Below are positions 61,401-64,000 of a DNA stretch of 64,000 bases, piece after piece; the first letter of the stretch is position 1; each line of letters opens with the position of its first letter. Under the pieces are notes generated by a model that had not been told where the DNA came from, searched no databases, and saw nothing but the letters and a program-made list of their open reading frames with translations. A program made the translations under genes and the position numbers. The DNA comes from Lama guanicoe (taxonomy: Eukaryota), in the NCBI GenBank assembly GCA_013239625.1, contig MU053557.1:2262123-2326122 (forward strand). The letters are read 5' to 3'.

Positions 61401-62690
61401 CTACCTGAACTGGAAGTCTCCAGAACAGGGATTCTGAACCAAGGTCTCAGGACTCCTGGAAGAGTCAGAGATGGGCTTAGGTGCAAGGAGCATTCATACT
61501 CCCTGAAGCTGTATGAAAAATTATGTGTTTTATGTGTATATTCCCACCCTTGCTAAGTCTATAGCTTTTATCAAGTTCTCAAAGTGATCTGTGACCTCAA
61601 ACTCTAAGTACCATTTCTCTAGAGGGCAAGAATATGTTACATTGGGAAGAAGATGGCATAGGCTTGAAGATACTCAAATTTAAGAAAATATCAGACCAGA
61701 CCAAAACTTTTCAGTGCTGCTAATAGATGAAGTTTCCAATCACAGGGACTGAACATTCCTTGAAAACCAGTTCATTCTTGTTCATTGCACCGTATAGTCC
61801 TAGGTGCAAAGAACCCTTGCACTATCCCTGAGGAGAGAGCCCTCGCGCGTTTGAAATCATAGGTGGAAAGTAACTGATGAAACCTTTGAGACTCTCCTTT
61901 CAGAGTAGCAGACTCAAATGCCAGAAGGTCATGGCGATGAGCACAATGACCCGCACCATGCAGCAGAGAGTGAGGACCGTGGTAAACCCCGGGGCAGGTG
62001 CCTGGCCTACAGGGGGCAGAAGTTATCCAGTATCGGCCACAGTGACTGCCATGTGGCAAGAGGAACCCAATGAGTGGTCAGTAAATCTGAATTTCTAAGA
62101 GAAGTTGAAAATCTAATTTCTAAAAGTTCGTATCTCCTTATCTCTCCTTCCTCAAAGTGAAGGCAAAAAAAAAAAAATCAGGTAGCTCAAACGAAACACA
62201 CATGCAGGCTAGATTTAGCTCACAGACCATCTGCTGGAGATATCTGATCTACTCCTGTCTTCTTTTGCATATTAAGATCTTGCTGCCCAGAATGAGGATG
62301 CCTCCATGCCAGTGTTACCCAAGAGAAGGTTCTAGACTGGTCTTTGGATCCCCGAGGGCAACCCTGGGTCCTTTGGATGGAAATGAACTACATGGATTTC
62401 TATCAAATTGTGGTCTCTATGCCACCGATAATTGATAAAAACTATTTCACTATAAAAAGTGTCCCATCAACAAGTAAAATAAGCAGGGGACATTTTCAGA
62501 GAGGCTTGTTGTTATTTCTGTTTAACTGCTAAACTCTTTGTGGGATGAATGAGAATGTCCAGGACATGAATCTTGCCTGGAGCATTTCTCAAACATATTT
62601 GACCAAGGAATGACCCCGCTCTCTTTCCTTCCTTAATGGTCACCATTGTTCTGAGAGATGCTAGAATTCCTCAGAACCCAGTTTGGGAAA

Positions 62691-62793
62691 CAGTGTGGCA
62701 ACCTTTTCCCTATATGGGCCAAGTAGTAAATATTTTAGTCTTTGTGGCCATTCCATCTTTGTTGCAACTACTCAGCACTGTCACTGTAGTGCA
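62691..62793 (+). mobile_element. MER58A-like hAT-Charlie fragment
   Basis: ggcaaccttttc...gggccaagtagtaaatattttagtctttgtggcca...tgttgcaactactcagcactgtcactgtagtgca. Confidence 0.7.
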
Positions 62794-62800
62794 GGGGCAC

Positions 62801-62935
62801 TTTCTGTTTGTCTTTTGGAGGGGAGGTAATTAGGTGTTTATTTATTTATTTATTTTTTAAACTAAGGTACTGGGGATTGAACCCAGGACCTTGTGCATGC
62901 TAAGCATGTACTTACCACTGAGCTATACTGCTCCC
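62801..62935 (-). mobile_element. tRNA-derived SINE
   Basis: ggggaggtaattagg(tttat)n...aggtactggggattgaacccaggacc...accactgagctata (B and A boxes in reverse). Confidence 0.9.
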
Positions 62936-63684
62936 AGGCAGACATTAATCCTTACCTAGACTTCCAGGTGAGTTCCACGGACCAAAAACCCCTGATGGGT
63001 TTCAGAACCCTGCCCCATCCCTGCCCCGCCCTTTCCCATTCTGGAGCGCTTGCTCCCTAACGTCCTGCTCTCCATCTCCCGAGAACTGGTGCCTCGGAGA
63101 TGAAAGCCAAGAAAACGCAATGAGCCATCGGCGGCGCTCACTCAATTGATTTTTACACAAAATTTGCCTTCATGCACGAAGGATGGAAAAATGATCCCAT
63201 AAATAATGGATAACAAAAACAAATGCAGGGAGGAAATCAATAGTCACACACTTGGTACCGCAGGGAGACGGGAGAGGAAAATATGGAGCCCAGTCCAGCT
63301 AAACGGCCCCCCAGGGAACCCCTTCCTAGCACTTCCTGCTGGGGAGGGAGAGGCACATGTTGCCCTAGTGGGCCCCAGCTGACACTGAGCTGAGTCCCCG
63401 GGGAGGAGACTGGGAGGATTTGTCTGGGCTTCTCCCAATCTTTCAGAGTCAGTCTCAGGACACGGGAACCACATGCCCTTCAAGGATCCCCCTGATCACC
63501 AGCCCACAGACCAGGGTACCTGCCCTGGTTTTTTTTTCCTGAGCCATCCATGGCCTCAGGAGCTCTATTTTTTAGAGATGCCAGAGGCTTTTGTGTTCTC
63601 TCTGAGGTTTCTCCCTTTTTCTATTCACTGCCAGTTGCCTCCAGGTCTGGTTATTTGCTCTGGTGCTACAGGAGCCCCTAGAGT

Positions 63685-63890
63685 GGCGTGGGGTTCGGGG
63701 TTCGAGTCCTGGTTCCACCACTTACTCTCTCTGGGTGACTCTTGGGAAGTCATGTAACCTCTTTGAACTCTAGTTCCTTCATCTGTAAAACGGGGCGAGT
63801 AAAATCTTTCATGCTGGCGTAAAATGACTCCATGGAGGGATTAAATGACTCGATGTGTATAAAGTGCCCAGCATATAGTAAATGCTCAAA
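63685..63890 (+). mobile_element. MIR SINE fragment
   Basis: gggttcgagtcctggttccaccacttact...gggaagtcatgtaacctctttgaac...ttcatctgtaaaacgggg...ggattaaatga. Confidence 0.75.
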
Positions 63891-64000
63891 ATAGGGTAGG
63901 TAAAATCCCCTCACCTGATATCTGAGATCCATTCCCTTCCTCCATGCTCACCTCCACCTACTCCAGGGCTTTGCCGCCTCAGGATTGGATAGGTTCATAG

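Noticed and set aside
61877..62098. Possible coding exon after ctctcctttcag
   Set aside because: No recognisable protein in any frame and only a weak donor.

Overview
Mammalian genomic DNA, probably camelid or another cetartiodactyl (inferred from recalled SINE and L1 end sequences, not verified). There are no prokaryotic systems. The window holds the last two coding exons and ~3.1-kb 3'UTR of RBM27 (+ strand, 414-~4620). A ~40-kb intergenic region follows, with L1/L2/MIR/LTR/DNA-transposon relics and several homeodomain/bHLH-motif blocks that look like enhancers. Then comes the complete two-exon POU4F3 (Brn-3c) gene (CDS 46097-46216 + 46540-47436, 338 aa) in a CpG-island cluster, and ~15 kb of downstream DNA. 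The most notable observations: (1) RBM27 and POU4F3 exon phases allow an in-frame read-through fusion; (2) a TSD-flanked element joins an L1 5' end directly to an L1 3' end at an apparent splice acceptor; (3) a tRNA-derived SINE appears to carry ~250 bp of transduced DNA inside one TSD; (4) a 497-bp tandem duplication looks perfect; (5) a perfect (GT)86 lies in the POU4F3 promoter; (6) a uORF stop overlaps the POU4F3 start codon; (7) mirror-image MEIS/PBX-HOX modules flank POU4F3. Repeat boundaries and family names are by eye and approximate; all motif calls are predictions.
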